DNA of 64,000 bases from Candidatus Nanohaloarchaea archaeon (GCA_041639695.1 JBEQBQ010000001.1:31634-95633), one strand, 5' to 3'; shown: positions 48,154 to 57,206, numbered from the stretch's first letter. The notes: a model not told the origin generated them from the letters alone. Made by a program: numbers and translations.

Positions 48154-48519
48154 ATGGTAGCTACAGAGGTTTCTGGAAGCTTCGTACTCAAGAACAAAAA
48201 CCTTCTAATGGTCAAAGATGAGGAAACCGGCAAACTAAACATCCCTTCCGACACAGGTAAACGAGGAGAATTATCCGCCGATACCGCGGAAAGAGTTATT
48301 GAAGAACACGTAGGATGCGAATGCATCGAAATGAAGTACAAAAAACGGTTGAAAACAGTTTTTGAACTTGAAGGCGACGAGTATAGGCTGCAACCTTACC
48401 ACGTTGAAATTGAAGGAGAGCCAGACGAAGCTGAATGGGTTCACATCGAAGAACTGGATGAGAAAGAACTTGCAACGCCTATCGAATCAATAAAAAAGGA
48501 GATTAAGGAAAGGTTCTAG
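48154..48519 (+). CDS. NUDIX-fold protein with degenerate Nudix box
   Basis: LLMVK...LNIPSDTGKRGELSADTAERVIEEHVG, AEWV; start ATG 48154. Confidence 0.62.
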   Translation: MVATEVSGSFVLKNKNLLMVKDEETGKLNIPSDTGKRGELSADTAERVIEEHVGCECIEMKYKKRLKTVFELEGDEYRLQPYHVEIEGEPDEAEWVHIEELDEKELATPIESIKKEIKERF

Positions 48520-49331
48520 TTCCACGGACCGAAGTCCGGATCAACCTTTCTCTCACTTCCTTTCAACTCTTTAATCTCCTCCATCTCTTCTTCACTTAGT
48601 TCAAAGTCGAAAACATCAAGGTTCTGTTTTATGTGATCCTCCGAAGTCGCTTTAGGTATTGCACAGACATTTTCCTGCTGCACAAGCCATCTGAGCGAAA
48701 CCTGTGCGGGCGACTTTCCGAACTGCGTCCCTATCTGCTTCAGTGTTTCGTTCTTCATCACTTCTCCTCTTGCGAGAGGGGAGTAAGCCGTCAGCATTAC
48801 ACCCATCTCTTCGCACTTTTCCAGTAGCTCCTCCTGATCTAGGAAAGGGTGGTACTCAACTTGGTTGGTCAAAATCTTTGTATCAGAAAGTTCTTGAGCT
48901 CTCTCCATCTGCTCGGGCGTAAAGTTCGAGACGCCGATGTTCTTGACTTTACCTTCGTCAACCAGTTCATTCATCTCTTCAAGAACGGCTTCAAGGTCCA
49001 TCTCCTCGAAAGGCCAGTGAATCAACAGAAGATCAACGTACTCGGTTCCAAGCTTCTCAAGACTCTCCTCAACCGAAGATTTCAGATCCTCTCTGTTTAA
49101 TCTGTCACGCCAGACCTTTGTAGTTAACCAGATATCCTCCCGGTCAACATCTGACTCTTCGATTCCTTTTCCGACCTTTTCCTCGTTGCCGTAGGCCTGC
49201 GCTGTATCAACATGCCTGTAGCCATTATTCAAAGCGGTTTTAACTGCTTTTACACAGTCATCGTCTTTTGATTGCCAGGTTCCGATCCCGATCTTCGGTA
49301 CTTGCTCTCCGTTAACGTTTACGTTATCCAT
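48516..49331 (-). CDS. Aldo/keto reductase
   Basis: GIGTWQ, GYRHVDTAQAYGNE, DLLLIHWP, IGVSNF, AYSPLARG, IPKA. Confidence 0.95.
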   Translation of the reverse strand: MDNVNVNGEQVPKIGIGTWQSKDDDCVKAVKTALNNGYRHVDTAQAYGNEEKVGKGIEESDVDREDIWLTTKVWRDRLNREDLKSSVEESLEKLGTEYVDLLLIHWPFEEMDLEAVLEEMNELVDEGKVKNIGVSNFTPEQMERAQELSDTKILTNQVEYHPFLDQEELLEKCEEMGVMLTAYSPLARGEVMKNETLKQIGTQFGKSPAQVSLRWLVQQENVCAIPKATSEDHIKQNLDVFDFELSEEEMEEIKELKGSERKVDPDFGPWN

Positions 49332-49378
49332 AGATTAGACACCTCTAGTAAATACTTGTTCACGGGGTCACTTGAACT

Positions 49379-50386
49379 TCATTCTGGTTCGAACTTCTTG
49401 AAAGCTTCCGCAACCAGCAAAGGAAATACAAGGGTTGCCTCGGCCTCAACCTGTGTATAGTTTCTCTTCTCATCCTCGACGATCTTACCCCAGGAAACAG
49501 CTTCCTTAGGCGGCGCACCTGAAAGACTTCCATCGCCTTCCATACCGGTTGAAATATAGGTTGCGTAGTCCGCACCGCCCTTAAACAGGTTGGACATGAT
49601 AGCCTGATGCTTCGGAACACCGTCACCGACCGCGATTATACCTGTCTTTTCTGCCTCAACAGCTTCATGGATTAAAGAGTCCCAGTCATCCAGTATTTCG
49701 ATACCGATCTCAGGATCCTGCTCCTGCCTGTAGTAGAACATGAAGTCACCAATCTCGGCGTCAATCAAAGCAGGACAGTAAACCGGGATATCATTTCTCG
49801 ATGCATGATAGATGAAAGAGTCTGATTCATTCAGGTCTTCGTCTTCACCAACCTTTCTGCCAATCTCCTTCGCAAACTCGCTAGGGGTCCGCATCTTCTT
49901 ATCATCGAAGAACTCTGGGAAGAAATCTTCGTTAAGCCAGTTTTCAAGCCAGACATAGTTGTCCGACTCGACGTAAATATTTCCTAAACGGTTGATACCT
50001 TGCTCTCTTAGCTCGGCTTCGTCTGCATCCCATTCACCCATCTTGAACTCGTGGGCGGTCTTGATAACGTCCTCTGTGTGGGATCCTGCTGAAGTAATGA
50101 CTACATCGATGTAATCCTTTCTGGCAAGATATGCAACAGTTTCCCTAAGACCTGAAGAAATAATATTTGATGTAAAGGTTAGGAAAATCTTTGCATCATC
50201 CTCTCTCATCTGTTTAACGATCTCTATGGCTTCCTTCAGGTGTGTGGCTTGGAAGCCTGTTGTCTCGTATTTTTCAAGCATCTCCCCGAGGTTAAAATCT
50301 CCGCGAAAGTCGTATCCTTCAGTTCTCTCCCCTTCGTGGTTCTCTTTGGTTCCCGGTAAAACGTGGTCACGTGTTTCTTCCGTCAT
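49379..50386 (-). CDS. dys: Deoxyhypusine synthase
   Basis: GFQATHL, TSNIISSGLRE, GINRLGN, GVPKH, DGSLSGAPPKEAVSWGK. Confidence 0.95.
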   Translation of the reverse strand: MTEETRDHVLPGTKENHEGERTEGYDFRGDFNLGEMLEKYETTGFQATHLKEAIEIVKQMREDDAKIFLTFTSNIISSGLRETVAYLARKDYIDVVITSAGSHTEDVIKTAHEFKMGEWDADEAELREQGINRLGNIYVESDNYVWLENWLNEDFFPEFFDDKKMRTPSEFAKEIGRKVGEDEDLNESDSFIYHASRNDIPVYCPALIDAEIGDFMFYYRQEQDPEIGIEILDDWDSLIHEAVEAEKTGIIAVGDGVPKHQAIMSNLFKGGADYATYISTGMEGDGSLSGAPPKEAVSWGKIVEDEKRNYTQVEAEATLVFPLLVAEAFKKFEPE

Positions 50387-50543
50387 AGTTGAAAACTGGT
50401 TACAGTATCTTCAAAAATCTGGCAGGGTTGACGTTTTATTTCTTAAAGCTCATGTTCGAATGGTGATTTAGTGCTGAGATTAGGTCGTTGAAAAAGATTT
50501 AACGAACCTAAAATCAAAATTGAAGCAATTTAATCACTTTAGA

Positions 50544-50617
50544 GGCCGATTAGCTCAGCCTGGGAGAGCGCTGCACTGAAGATGCAGTTGTCCCCGGTTC
50601 AAATCCGGGATCGGCCA
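50544..50617 (+). tRNA. tRNA-Phe(GAA)
   Basis: Acceptor GGCCGAT/ATCGGCC, anticodon stem CTGCA/TGCAG with loop CTGAAGA, T-loop TTCAAAT. Confidence 0.95.
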
Positions 50618-50956
50618 ATCAAATTAGATTACTTTCGTTCTCTTTCCGAGAACTATGATTTTGAAACAGTTAATTCTTCGAGGGGCAGAGAAATTGTCTC
50701 CGGACGGCAGCCCGGCGCAGAATATGTTTTGCCTGAAGGCAAACTAGGACTTTTCGAATACGAAACCGGTTTCAGAGAACTTCTACATCCTTTCAGACCC
50801 TCCGGAAATATACTGGTAGAGTTTGAACCTTCCACTATAGAAGCAGATATACGGCTCTACCTATCGGGGGACGAGCAAGCCTTCCGTGAGCTGGATCAAG
50901 ATTTACTTGATAGAATAGACTCTCTTGACTCCGATTACAAGAAACAGATAATTTAA
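50618..50956 (+). CDS. Hypothetical protein or gene remnant directly after tRNA-Phe (start unclear)
   Basis: Protein-like acidic open frame, but the only ATG lies inside the tRNA. Confidence 0.35.
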   Translation: MKLDYFRSLSENYDFETVNSSRGREIVSGRQPGAEYVLPEGKLGLFEYETGFRELLHPFRPSGNILVEFEPSTIEADIRLYLSGDEQAFRELDQDLLDRIDSLDSDYKKQII

Positions 50957-50957
50957 T

Positions 50958-51164
50958 TTACCACGGGTCGTGTTCAAAGCCGTGTTCTTCAGCTCTCTCA
51001 ATCATGTCATCTTCATCGAACTCTGAACAGGGTGCTTTCTGCCATTCCTCGAAATCATCGTTGATCTTGGCTGTGGCTTCCGCCTCCTCTTTGCTCATAA
51101 TCGAAACATTTGCGGTATCATCGTTGTAGAGCTCGATTATCCAGAAGTTCTCTTCCTCGGCCAT
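50958..51164 (-). CDS. Small acidic hypothetical protein
   Basis: 68 aa with typical composition. Confidence 0.6.
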   Translation of the reverse strand: MAEEENFWIIELYNDDTANVSIMSKEEAEATAKINDDFEEWQKAPCSEFDEDDMIERAEEHGFEHDPW

Positions 51165-51195
51165 ACCAAAATTTACTCCCGGACTTATTTATTAT

Positions 51196-52212
51196 TCAAC
51201 GGGTTCCGATTCTTATCTTCGAGCTGTTCGAGTAAAGCTTCCTGACGTAAAGCCCTATATCTCCGGACAGCCTGTCACTAAATCCTTTTACGCTGTATGC
51301 CGGTTCGTAGCCTACGTTTATCAGCGGGTTTTTCGGAATGCTGAAACCGAAGCTGGCCTCTTCTAATTCAAGAAAACTCCGGCTGTTTATCCTGTTTACC
51401 TCGTCCTCTATCTCCGAATAGCTTTTTGTGTTAGGGACTAGGAAGCTACCGCTTGTCTGAACCATTTCCAAGCTATCCGGTTCTCCGGAAACGTATCTTA
51501 TCTGTTTAAGTTCGCCGTAACTGACGAGTCCCAGACCCTCCTCGGTCGCAATATAAGGATTTGAAAGCTCTAAAGTGTTGAATATTCCTCCGGAGGACTG
51601 CTCGCCGTCAACATAAACATCTCCGGCATCAGTACTGAGTTCAAGAGAAATATTGTCGACTTTTTCAGTCTCCTGACACACCTGATACTTGAAGTGGCCC
51701 GGTTCAGCTACGTGTGAGTCAGATTTAGAGTGCAGCGAAAAGATCGGAGTATCGCAGCTCTGGTTAACAGAGGTTTCGAATCCATCGACACAGACATTCC
51801 AACGGTACTCGCTGAAAGTTGAAGCATGAGAATCGTTCCTCTGGAACATCGATATAACGGAGCTCTCCCCTGTTTTACAGCTATCTCTTATTTGTGCGGT
51901 TGAAACACCTTCGCCACACATCTGATACTTGAAATGGCCTGCTTCAGCGATATTACCGCCTTTTCTGTCGGTCAGGGAGAACAGGTTGACTTCCTGAGAA
52001 CTACAGCTCTGCTTGATCGAGAAAGATGGTTCTGCAGATGCCAGACCTCCAAAAAGAATTATCAGGCTGATGAAGATTTTGACTTTCACGTATTCTAGTT
52101 CGGTTCTCTGAGTTTTAACGGTTGCATTTTTCATCAACTGTTTAAACAATAAGAAAGAAACAAAGTGGTATGAAAGACAAAATCGTTCTAGTACTGGTCT
52201 TGATCGGTTCAA
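51196..52212 (-). CDS. Secreted protein with three Cys-containing repeats (true start probably downstream, near ATG 52134)
   Basis: Signal-like IFISLIILFGGLASA; repeats C...lFSl.....h.A..GHFKYQ.C. Confidence 0.7.
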   Translation of the reverse strand: MNRSRPVLERFCLSYHFVSFLLFKQLMKNATVKTQRTELEYVKVKIFISLIILFGGLASAEPSFSIKQSCSSQEVNLFSLTDRKGGNIAEAGHFKYQMCGEGVSTAQIRDSCKTGESSVISMFQRNDSHASTFSEYRWNVCVDGFETSVNQSCDTPIFSLHSKSDSHVAEPGHFKYQVCQETEKVDNISLELSTDAGDVYVDGEQSSGGIFNTLELSNPYIATEEGLGLVSYGELKQIRYVSGEPDSLEMVQTSGSFLVPNTKSYSEIEDEVNRINSRSFLELEEASFGFSIPKNPLINVGYEPAYSVKGFSDRLSGDIGLYVRKLYSNSSKIRIGTR

Positions 52213-52706
52213 TTATCTCTTTGGCTACGGCCCCCCAGCCTGAGCAAAGCCATAACCTTTCGGAGATAAATCCTATCGATGTAGATCTGAACATGTCGAG
52301 GATGGATATCTTCAACGTTACTGAACTAGATCTTTATTCTGGCTTAACTTTCTCCGGGAACTGGATAAGCGCGCCTGGCGGCCAAGATCTTTTAGGCTGG
52401 GATCTTGTCAACACCCAGCTTGAGGTGAAGAACGGCAACCTTAGTCTTGAAGGAAACCGGTTAATCAATATCGGCGGTATCTCGACCTGTACTCCAACTG
52501 AACTCGTTATGGGTGACGGAAGTTGTAAATCCTCATCCGACCTTTCAGTCTCCGATAACTGGGTAAACGAGACAGGCGACAACATGACCGGAGACCTTGA
52601 TATGAACGGAAACGAGATCAAAAACGCAACTATGGACAAGAGAGACTGTGCTTCAAACCCTCCCACACAGGTAGGTCAGATGGTCTACTGCACCAACGCG
52701 GACTGA
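52170..52706 (+). CDS. Cassette 1 gene A: signal-peptide protein with tail-fibre-like motif
   Basis: Sec-type signal; WVNETGDNMTGDLDMNGNEI; paralog of 55229-55576. Confidence 0.72.
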   Translation: MKDKIVLVLVLIGSIISLATAPQPEQSHNLSEINPIDVDLNMSRMDIFNVTELDLYSGLTFSGNWISAPGGQDLLGWDLVNTQLEVKNGNLSLEGNRLINIGGISTCTPTELVMGDGSCKSSSDLSVSDNWVNETGDNMTGDLDMNGNEIKNATMDKRDCASNPPTQVGQMVYCTNAD

Positions 52707-52708
52707 TA

Positions 52709-52921
52709 ATGATGGTTGAAGAATCGAGAAGGGAGTTTCTGAAGAAGGTAGCTGTTAGCCTGCCTGCGGTAGCCTTTCTTTTCTCCTCTCTACCCGTTTC
52801 ATCAGTAGTGATGTCAGAATTTTCGGAATCCTCTCAAGATTCAAGGGAGGTTGAGGAAAGAACAGATGATCCTTCAAAACCTGAAAATGGGAAAATCTGG
52901 TTCAGAAAAGATCTTTCCTGA
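52709..52921 (+). CDS. Cassette 1 gene B: small twin-arginine protein
   Basis: SRREFLKK plus hydrophobic helix; C-terminal RTDDPSKPENGKIWFRKDL. Confidence 0.72.
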   Translation: MMVEESRREFLKKVAVSLPAVAFLFSSLPVSSVVMSEFSESSQDSREVEERTDDPSKPENGKIWFRKDLS

Positions 52922-52941
52922 AACATTAAGGTAAACTCTAG

Positions 52942-55188
52942 ATGCCTAAGACTTACAATTTTGACGATAAAACAGAGGGAACGTTTACGATTAACAACAG
53001 TGCTTTTGACGATCAGGTCGGTCAACGCGCACAATCAGGTTCATATTCGGGCGGTGTAAGTGATGACCTGCCGCACGATCCGGCTGGGTTTGCCACATGG
53101 GAGCCGTGGGATGGTGAGGGCAGGAAGGTAAAAGAGATAGAATTTTACTATCAGGAGGACTATGACTCTTACGGAGGAGGACTACGCCTCATAAATTCTA
53201 ACGGGAATTATGAGTGCGGTTTTGCTACTGACAACGCGGCTTGGAAAGTATCGCATTCTTCAGGTGTTAGCAAAATAAACAGTTACAGCGATTATGACGT
53301 TTGGGTAAGGGTAAAAGTCACTTTTGACTGGTCTAATGACGAATTTACCGTCACATATGAAGGCCCATATGGTAGTTCAACCACTAAAACATTCTCTCTT
53401 AAGTATGGAATCGATGTAAAAGGCCTAGTTATGCATAATTTTAAGAGCGGGAGCTGGGATACTTCGGATAACTGCTACATGTGGTGGGATTCCCTGTATG
53501 CAGATGGGGGAACCTCTTCACCGTCCTCTCCGCAGAATGTATCAGCTAAAGTTGATTCGAACGATAAGATAAGTTTATCATGGGATCCTCCATCTGATTG
53601 GGGAGGGGAGGAAGGAAACTACAAAGTTCATATCTCCCGGGATAGTAACTCGTATACAGGCCCTTCCGGCGGTCCGACAACGCCTGGTTCGGGTACTGCT
53701 AGTGCCACCTATGGCCCAAACTCCGATAATTCGTATGATTCTCAGGTTGGTATTGACTCCAGTTTTCGTTTCCGTGTCCGTGCGGAGAACTCGGCCGGGA
53801 ACTCTGGCTGGACTTACTCGGGAACAGTTTACACCACTCCTACTGCTCCGAAGAAACCCTCGATTAGTAGACCGGATGCTAACACTGTCGAGATCTCTTG
53901 GACGTCGAATACTGATATAGGGAGTAATGCAAGAACGGATATTGAGTACCGTAAAGATACTGGTTCAGGTTACAGTGGCTGGTCTAACGTTGAAACAATA
54001 TCGGCGTCATCTAAAGGAACCCGAAGGACTAAGACCTATAGCGTGTCTTCTGACGGTTTCATGCAGGTAGATGCCCGCTACCAGTTCAGAATAGCACACT
54101 ACTTATATCAGGACACGGATGGAGATGGAAACAGTACCCTTTGGGAATCTCCTTATGTGTACGCTGACTACGGTAATGAAGGCAATATTTATTTTGAAGA
54201 TGATTTTGAATCCGGCGATCTCTCAAATTGGGGAGGCACAAGCTTGAATGATGCGCAGAGCGGTATCCGGTCCGGAAGTAATGGGGATCTGGGAATCTCA
54301 GGTGCCGATCAGGGAACATACTATGTCCGGTTAGATGGAGGTGATTGGATTAAGATACTGAATAGTTGGGATAAAGAGCCCAATAGCTATCCTTCAGATA
54401 CAGATATTATTGTAAAAGCCGTAGTGGCTGCGGGCTCTCTGGATTCGGCTTCCGAAACTACCAAAATACAGTGGTATGATGGCTCGAGTTGGAATAACCT
54501 CAGAACTTTCGGCCCAGAGTATAATAAACAAGGGTGGTTTGAAGTATCAGTTATAGTACCTTCCTCTCTGATTTCTAGTAACGTTGACCTACGTTTACTG
54601 GGTTATGGCGGTGGAGGAGATTATCTGGCTGTTGATAGAGTGGTTGTCTCGGATATCCTACACGAGTACACGAAACCTTCTGCACCTACAAACCTGGTTT
54701 CGAGATCAACGGGAACTGATAGTTTGGAGCTGGGCTGGACTGATAATGCAAGCTTCGAGGACAGGTACGAGATCCTTTACCGACAGACAGGGAGCGTGAG
54801 CTGGACCAGAGATCATAATGAACCCTCAAACTCTGAGTCCGGAGTGATCAACGGACTTCCTAAAGCTACACGTTTCGAGTTGAAGACACGGGACGTTGTT
54901 GAACAGCCTAGAAACGGCTCGATCAACAGTTACTGGTACCACGACAACATCCACCCGAACATCTCGACAGCGCTGGCGGAGACCATGTTAAACACGCCAT
55001 CGGGGAACGTTAAGGTCCCGGTTTTCGATCTGCAGGATGTCCAGAGGGATTTCATGAGAACGAAGACGCCCAACGGTATTGGGGCGTTAAACTTTGTTCC
55101 GACTAGTGATGCTGATCTTGATCAGGTTAGGATCTATACAGAAAGTTATGGCACTCTGGGTTTGAAGAGTGAGACTGAGAATAACTGA
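52942..55188 (+). CDS. Cassette 1 gene C: fibronectin type III repeat, lectin-like adhesin without signal peptide
   Basis: PSSPQNVSA..ISLSWDPP..FRFRVRAENSAG; PSAPTNL..LELGWTDNASFEDRY; FEDDFESGDLSNW. Confidence 0.78.
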   Translation: MPKTYNFDDKTEGTFTINNSAFDDQVGQRAQSGSYSGGVSDDLPHDPAGFATWEPWDGEGRKVKEIEFYYQEDYDSYGGGLRLINSNGNYECGFATDNAAWKVSHSSGVSKINSYSDYDVWVRVKVTFDWSNDEFTVTYEGPYGSSTTKTFSLKYGIDVKGLVMHNFKSGSWDTSDNCYMWWDSLYADGGTSSPSSPQNVSAKVDSNDKISLSWDPPSDWGGEEGNYKVHISRDSNSYTGPSGGPTTPGSGTASATYGPNSDNSYDSQVGIDSSFRFRVRAENSAGNSGWTYSGTVYTTPTAPKKPSISRPDANTVEISWTSNTDIGSNARTDIEYRKDTGSGYSGWSNVETISASSKGTRRTKTYSVSSDGFMQVDARYQFRIAHYLYQDTDGDGNSTLWESPYVYADYGNEGNIYFEDDFESGDLSNWGGTSLNDAQSGIRSGSNGDLGISGADQGTYYVRLDGGDWIKILNSWDKEPNSYPSDTDIIVKAVVAAGSLDSASETTKIQWYDGSSWNNLRTFGPEYNKQGWFEVSVIVPSSLISSNVDLRLLGYGGGGDYLAVDRVVVSDILHEYTKPSAPTNLVSRSTGTDSLELGWTDNASFEDRYEILYRQTGSVSWTRDHNEPSNSESGVINGLPKATRFELKTRDVVEQPRNGSINSYWYHDNIHPNISTALAETMLNTPSGNVKVPVFDLQDVQRDFMRTKTPNGIGALNFVPTSDADLDQVRIYTESYGTLGLKSETENN

Positions 55189-55228
55189 ACTGCGAACTGT
55201 TTTTAACGAATCGTGAGTATTTACAATT

Positions 55229-55576
55229 ATGCTGAAGAAAATCATTCTGACCACACTCCTCCTGCTTTCGGTGGCAGCTGCCGTAGCGCCAGCTAGTGAA
55301 CCCCGACACCCGTTTTCGCAGATAACTCCTGTGGACGTAAATCTTAACATGTCAAGGATGAACATATTCAACGTGACAGAAGTCGACCTGTACTCCGGGC
55401 TCGTCTTCTCCGGAAACGTGATACAGACTCCTGGGAACGCAGATATGCTTCTTTGGAACGGTGTAGAGAACAGGATTGATATAGAGCAAGACGTGAATAC
55501 CGGAGGCAATAACCTGAACCTGAGTGGCGGGAACCTGACATCGGACACGGAAGTATGTATAGGAGATCAGTGCTAG
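55229..55576 (+). CDS. Cassette 2 gene A: signal-peptide protein, paralog of 52170-52706
   Basis: Shared P.DV.LNMSRM.IFNVTE.DLYSGL.FSGN block; ends VCIGDQC. Confidence 0.72.
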   Translation: MLKKIILTTLLLLSVAAAVAPASEPRHPFSQITPVDVNLNMSRMNIFNVTEVDLYSGLVFSGNVIQTPGNADMLLWNGVENRIDIEQDVNTGGNNLNLSGGNLTSDTEVCIGDQC

Positions 55577-56308
55577 GTGAATAAAATGACTGAGATTGAG
55601 GATATAGTTGAAGATGAAGATAAGGCCAAGAGGCTTGAGGAGATAATAGAGAGAAAGGTCGAAGAGAGGGTCTCCTCGAATAAAAAAACTGGAGATGAAA
55701 GGAGTGAAGAGGTCTCTAGAAGAGGTTTCTTGAGGAAAATCGGGGCGGGTGCTTTAGGTTTCGGTGTTCTATCTCTTCCAGCTGCATCAGCCTTTAACAT
55801 CAGATCCAGTGATGCCTTGGAGGTCTATTCGAACGGAAACAAGTACTTTGATGTGGAGCCCGGCGGTCCTGTGAAAACAAATAACGCCGATTTACAGGTC
55901 GATGGTCAGTTGACGGCAGGAACCAACGGCAATTTTTATACGGATACAGGCATACTTTCCAGTGTCAGGTTAGATGGAGAGCAGACATTTTTCGAGGCTA
56001 ATACAACGGATTCTACGGGTCATGCAGGTATCGAACTTATAGGTAATGGTGAGAGCAAAGCGCGTTTTGAGTGGTCGGCAGGATCCGGTCATGCTAATAT
56101 AGAGGATGCTGTGAACAACAGTAACTGGGTCGTGTTTAATCCTGGAGGTTCGGTGGATGTAAAAACAAATCTTGAGGTAAACGGCAGTACTGTTTGGCAC
56201 GCCGGGAACGATGGCTCCGGTTCCTCACTTGAAGCGGACCAGATAGATGGTTATGACGTTCAAAAGGATGGGACGGATGGCAGCGGAGTCATAAACTTCA
56301 AGACCTAA
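55577..56308 (+). CDS. Cassette 2 gene B: twin-arginine protein with tail-fibre-like C-terminus; paralog of 29854
   Basis: SRRGFLRKIGAGALG; VWHAGNDGSGSSLEADQIDG; likely start ATG 55586 after AGGTGA. Confidence 0.75.
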   Translation: MNKMTEIEDIVEDEDKAKRLEEIIERKVEERVSSNKKTGDERSEEVSRRGFLRKIGAGALGFGVLSLPAASAFNIRSSDALEVYSNGNKYFDVEPGGPVKTNNADLQVDGQLTAGTNGNFYTDTGILSSVRLDGEQTFFEANTTDSTGHAGIELIGNGESKARFEWSAGSGHANIEDAVNNSNWVVFNPGGSVDVKTNLEVNGSTVWHAGNDGSGSSLEADQIDGYDVQKDGTDGSGVINFKT

Positions 56309-56309
56309 G

Positions 56310-57206
56310 ATGACAATCAACATAGATGGTTCCAAGGTTAAGAGTATAACTATAGATGGAATAACGGTCCAAGAGGTTACTATAGATGGAACAGTCGTCT
56401 TTACCGCCGATTTTAGCTCTTCTGGAATCTCTCTAGATGATTATTCTAATATAAGTGGTAATGCTTCAGGTGCAAGAGGGGGTATAGAAGTCAAAGGTAA
56501 GACGGCAGGGAGGATATGGGCAGGAGGTAGCAATAGGGTAATGCAGTTCAGTCTTTCATCAGGTAGTTTTATTTCAACCAGTTTCGAGTCTGAAATCTAT
56601 ATAGGCGATACAGAATATCTCTTCTCCATCTCCTGGGGTCCAAACGGGGAGAATCTGGTAGCTATAGGTTCACAAGAAGAAGCAGTAATTAATGTCGATA
56701 CGAAATATGACATCAGTACGGGCTCTGTATCCTATTATAGCACTAACTACGCATACGGCAACACTAGAGGTTGTGACATCTTTCAGGATAGTGATGGAAA
56801 CACTGGCATGTTAACGGTTACACGAGATACAAATAAGATTTTCCAGTATGACCTCAGTATAAACTCTTCAACAGGTACTAATCCAAGTTCCTCAGGTTCA
56901 TATAACTATGAAGATGATATAAATAATGCGGTTAAAGGAGTTTCAATAACTAATAATGGGGAAACCGTTATTTTGAATACCAGCAGTACATCGCCAACGA
57001 GCGCGGTTATAGCAGAGTATAATCTTTCTACTCCCTACGATATAAGCACTGCGTCTCTAGAATCTACAACAGAAGTAACTACTGAATATGGATCCTTCAC
57101 CGAAACCGATCTTAACCGTCTAGCTGTCGGCGAAGATGGAATGAAACTCTACACATTAAACGATTATGCTTCAGAGAATGAATACTACATAGGTATGTAC
57201 TCTTGA
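56310..57206 (+). CDS. Cassette 2 gene C: signal-less S/T/N-rich beta-propeller-like adhesin
   Basis: N-terminal IDG triple repeat (INIDGSKVKSITIDGITVQEVTIDGTVVF); YNLSTPYDISTA blade motifs. Confidence 0.7.
   Translation: MTINIDGSKVKSITIDGITVQEVTIDGTVVFTADFSSSGISLDDYSNISGNASGARGGIEVKGKTAGRIWAGGSNRVMQFSLSSGSFISTSFESEIYIGDTEYLFSISWGPNGENLVAIGSQEEAVINVDTKYDISTGSVSYYSTNYAYGNTRGCDIFQDSDGNTGMLTVTRDTNKIFQYDLSINSSTGTNPSSSGSYNYEDDINNAVKGVSITNNGETVILNTSSTSPTSAVIAEYNLSTPYDISTASLESTTEVTTEYGSFTETDLNRLAVGEDGMKLYTLNDYASENEYYIGMYS

Noticed and set aside
52170-57206. Intact provirus
   Set aside because: Tail-fibre-like motifs only; no integrase, terminase, capsid, portal or att repeats seen, and the proteins carry cellular export signals
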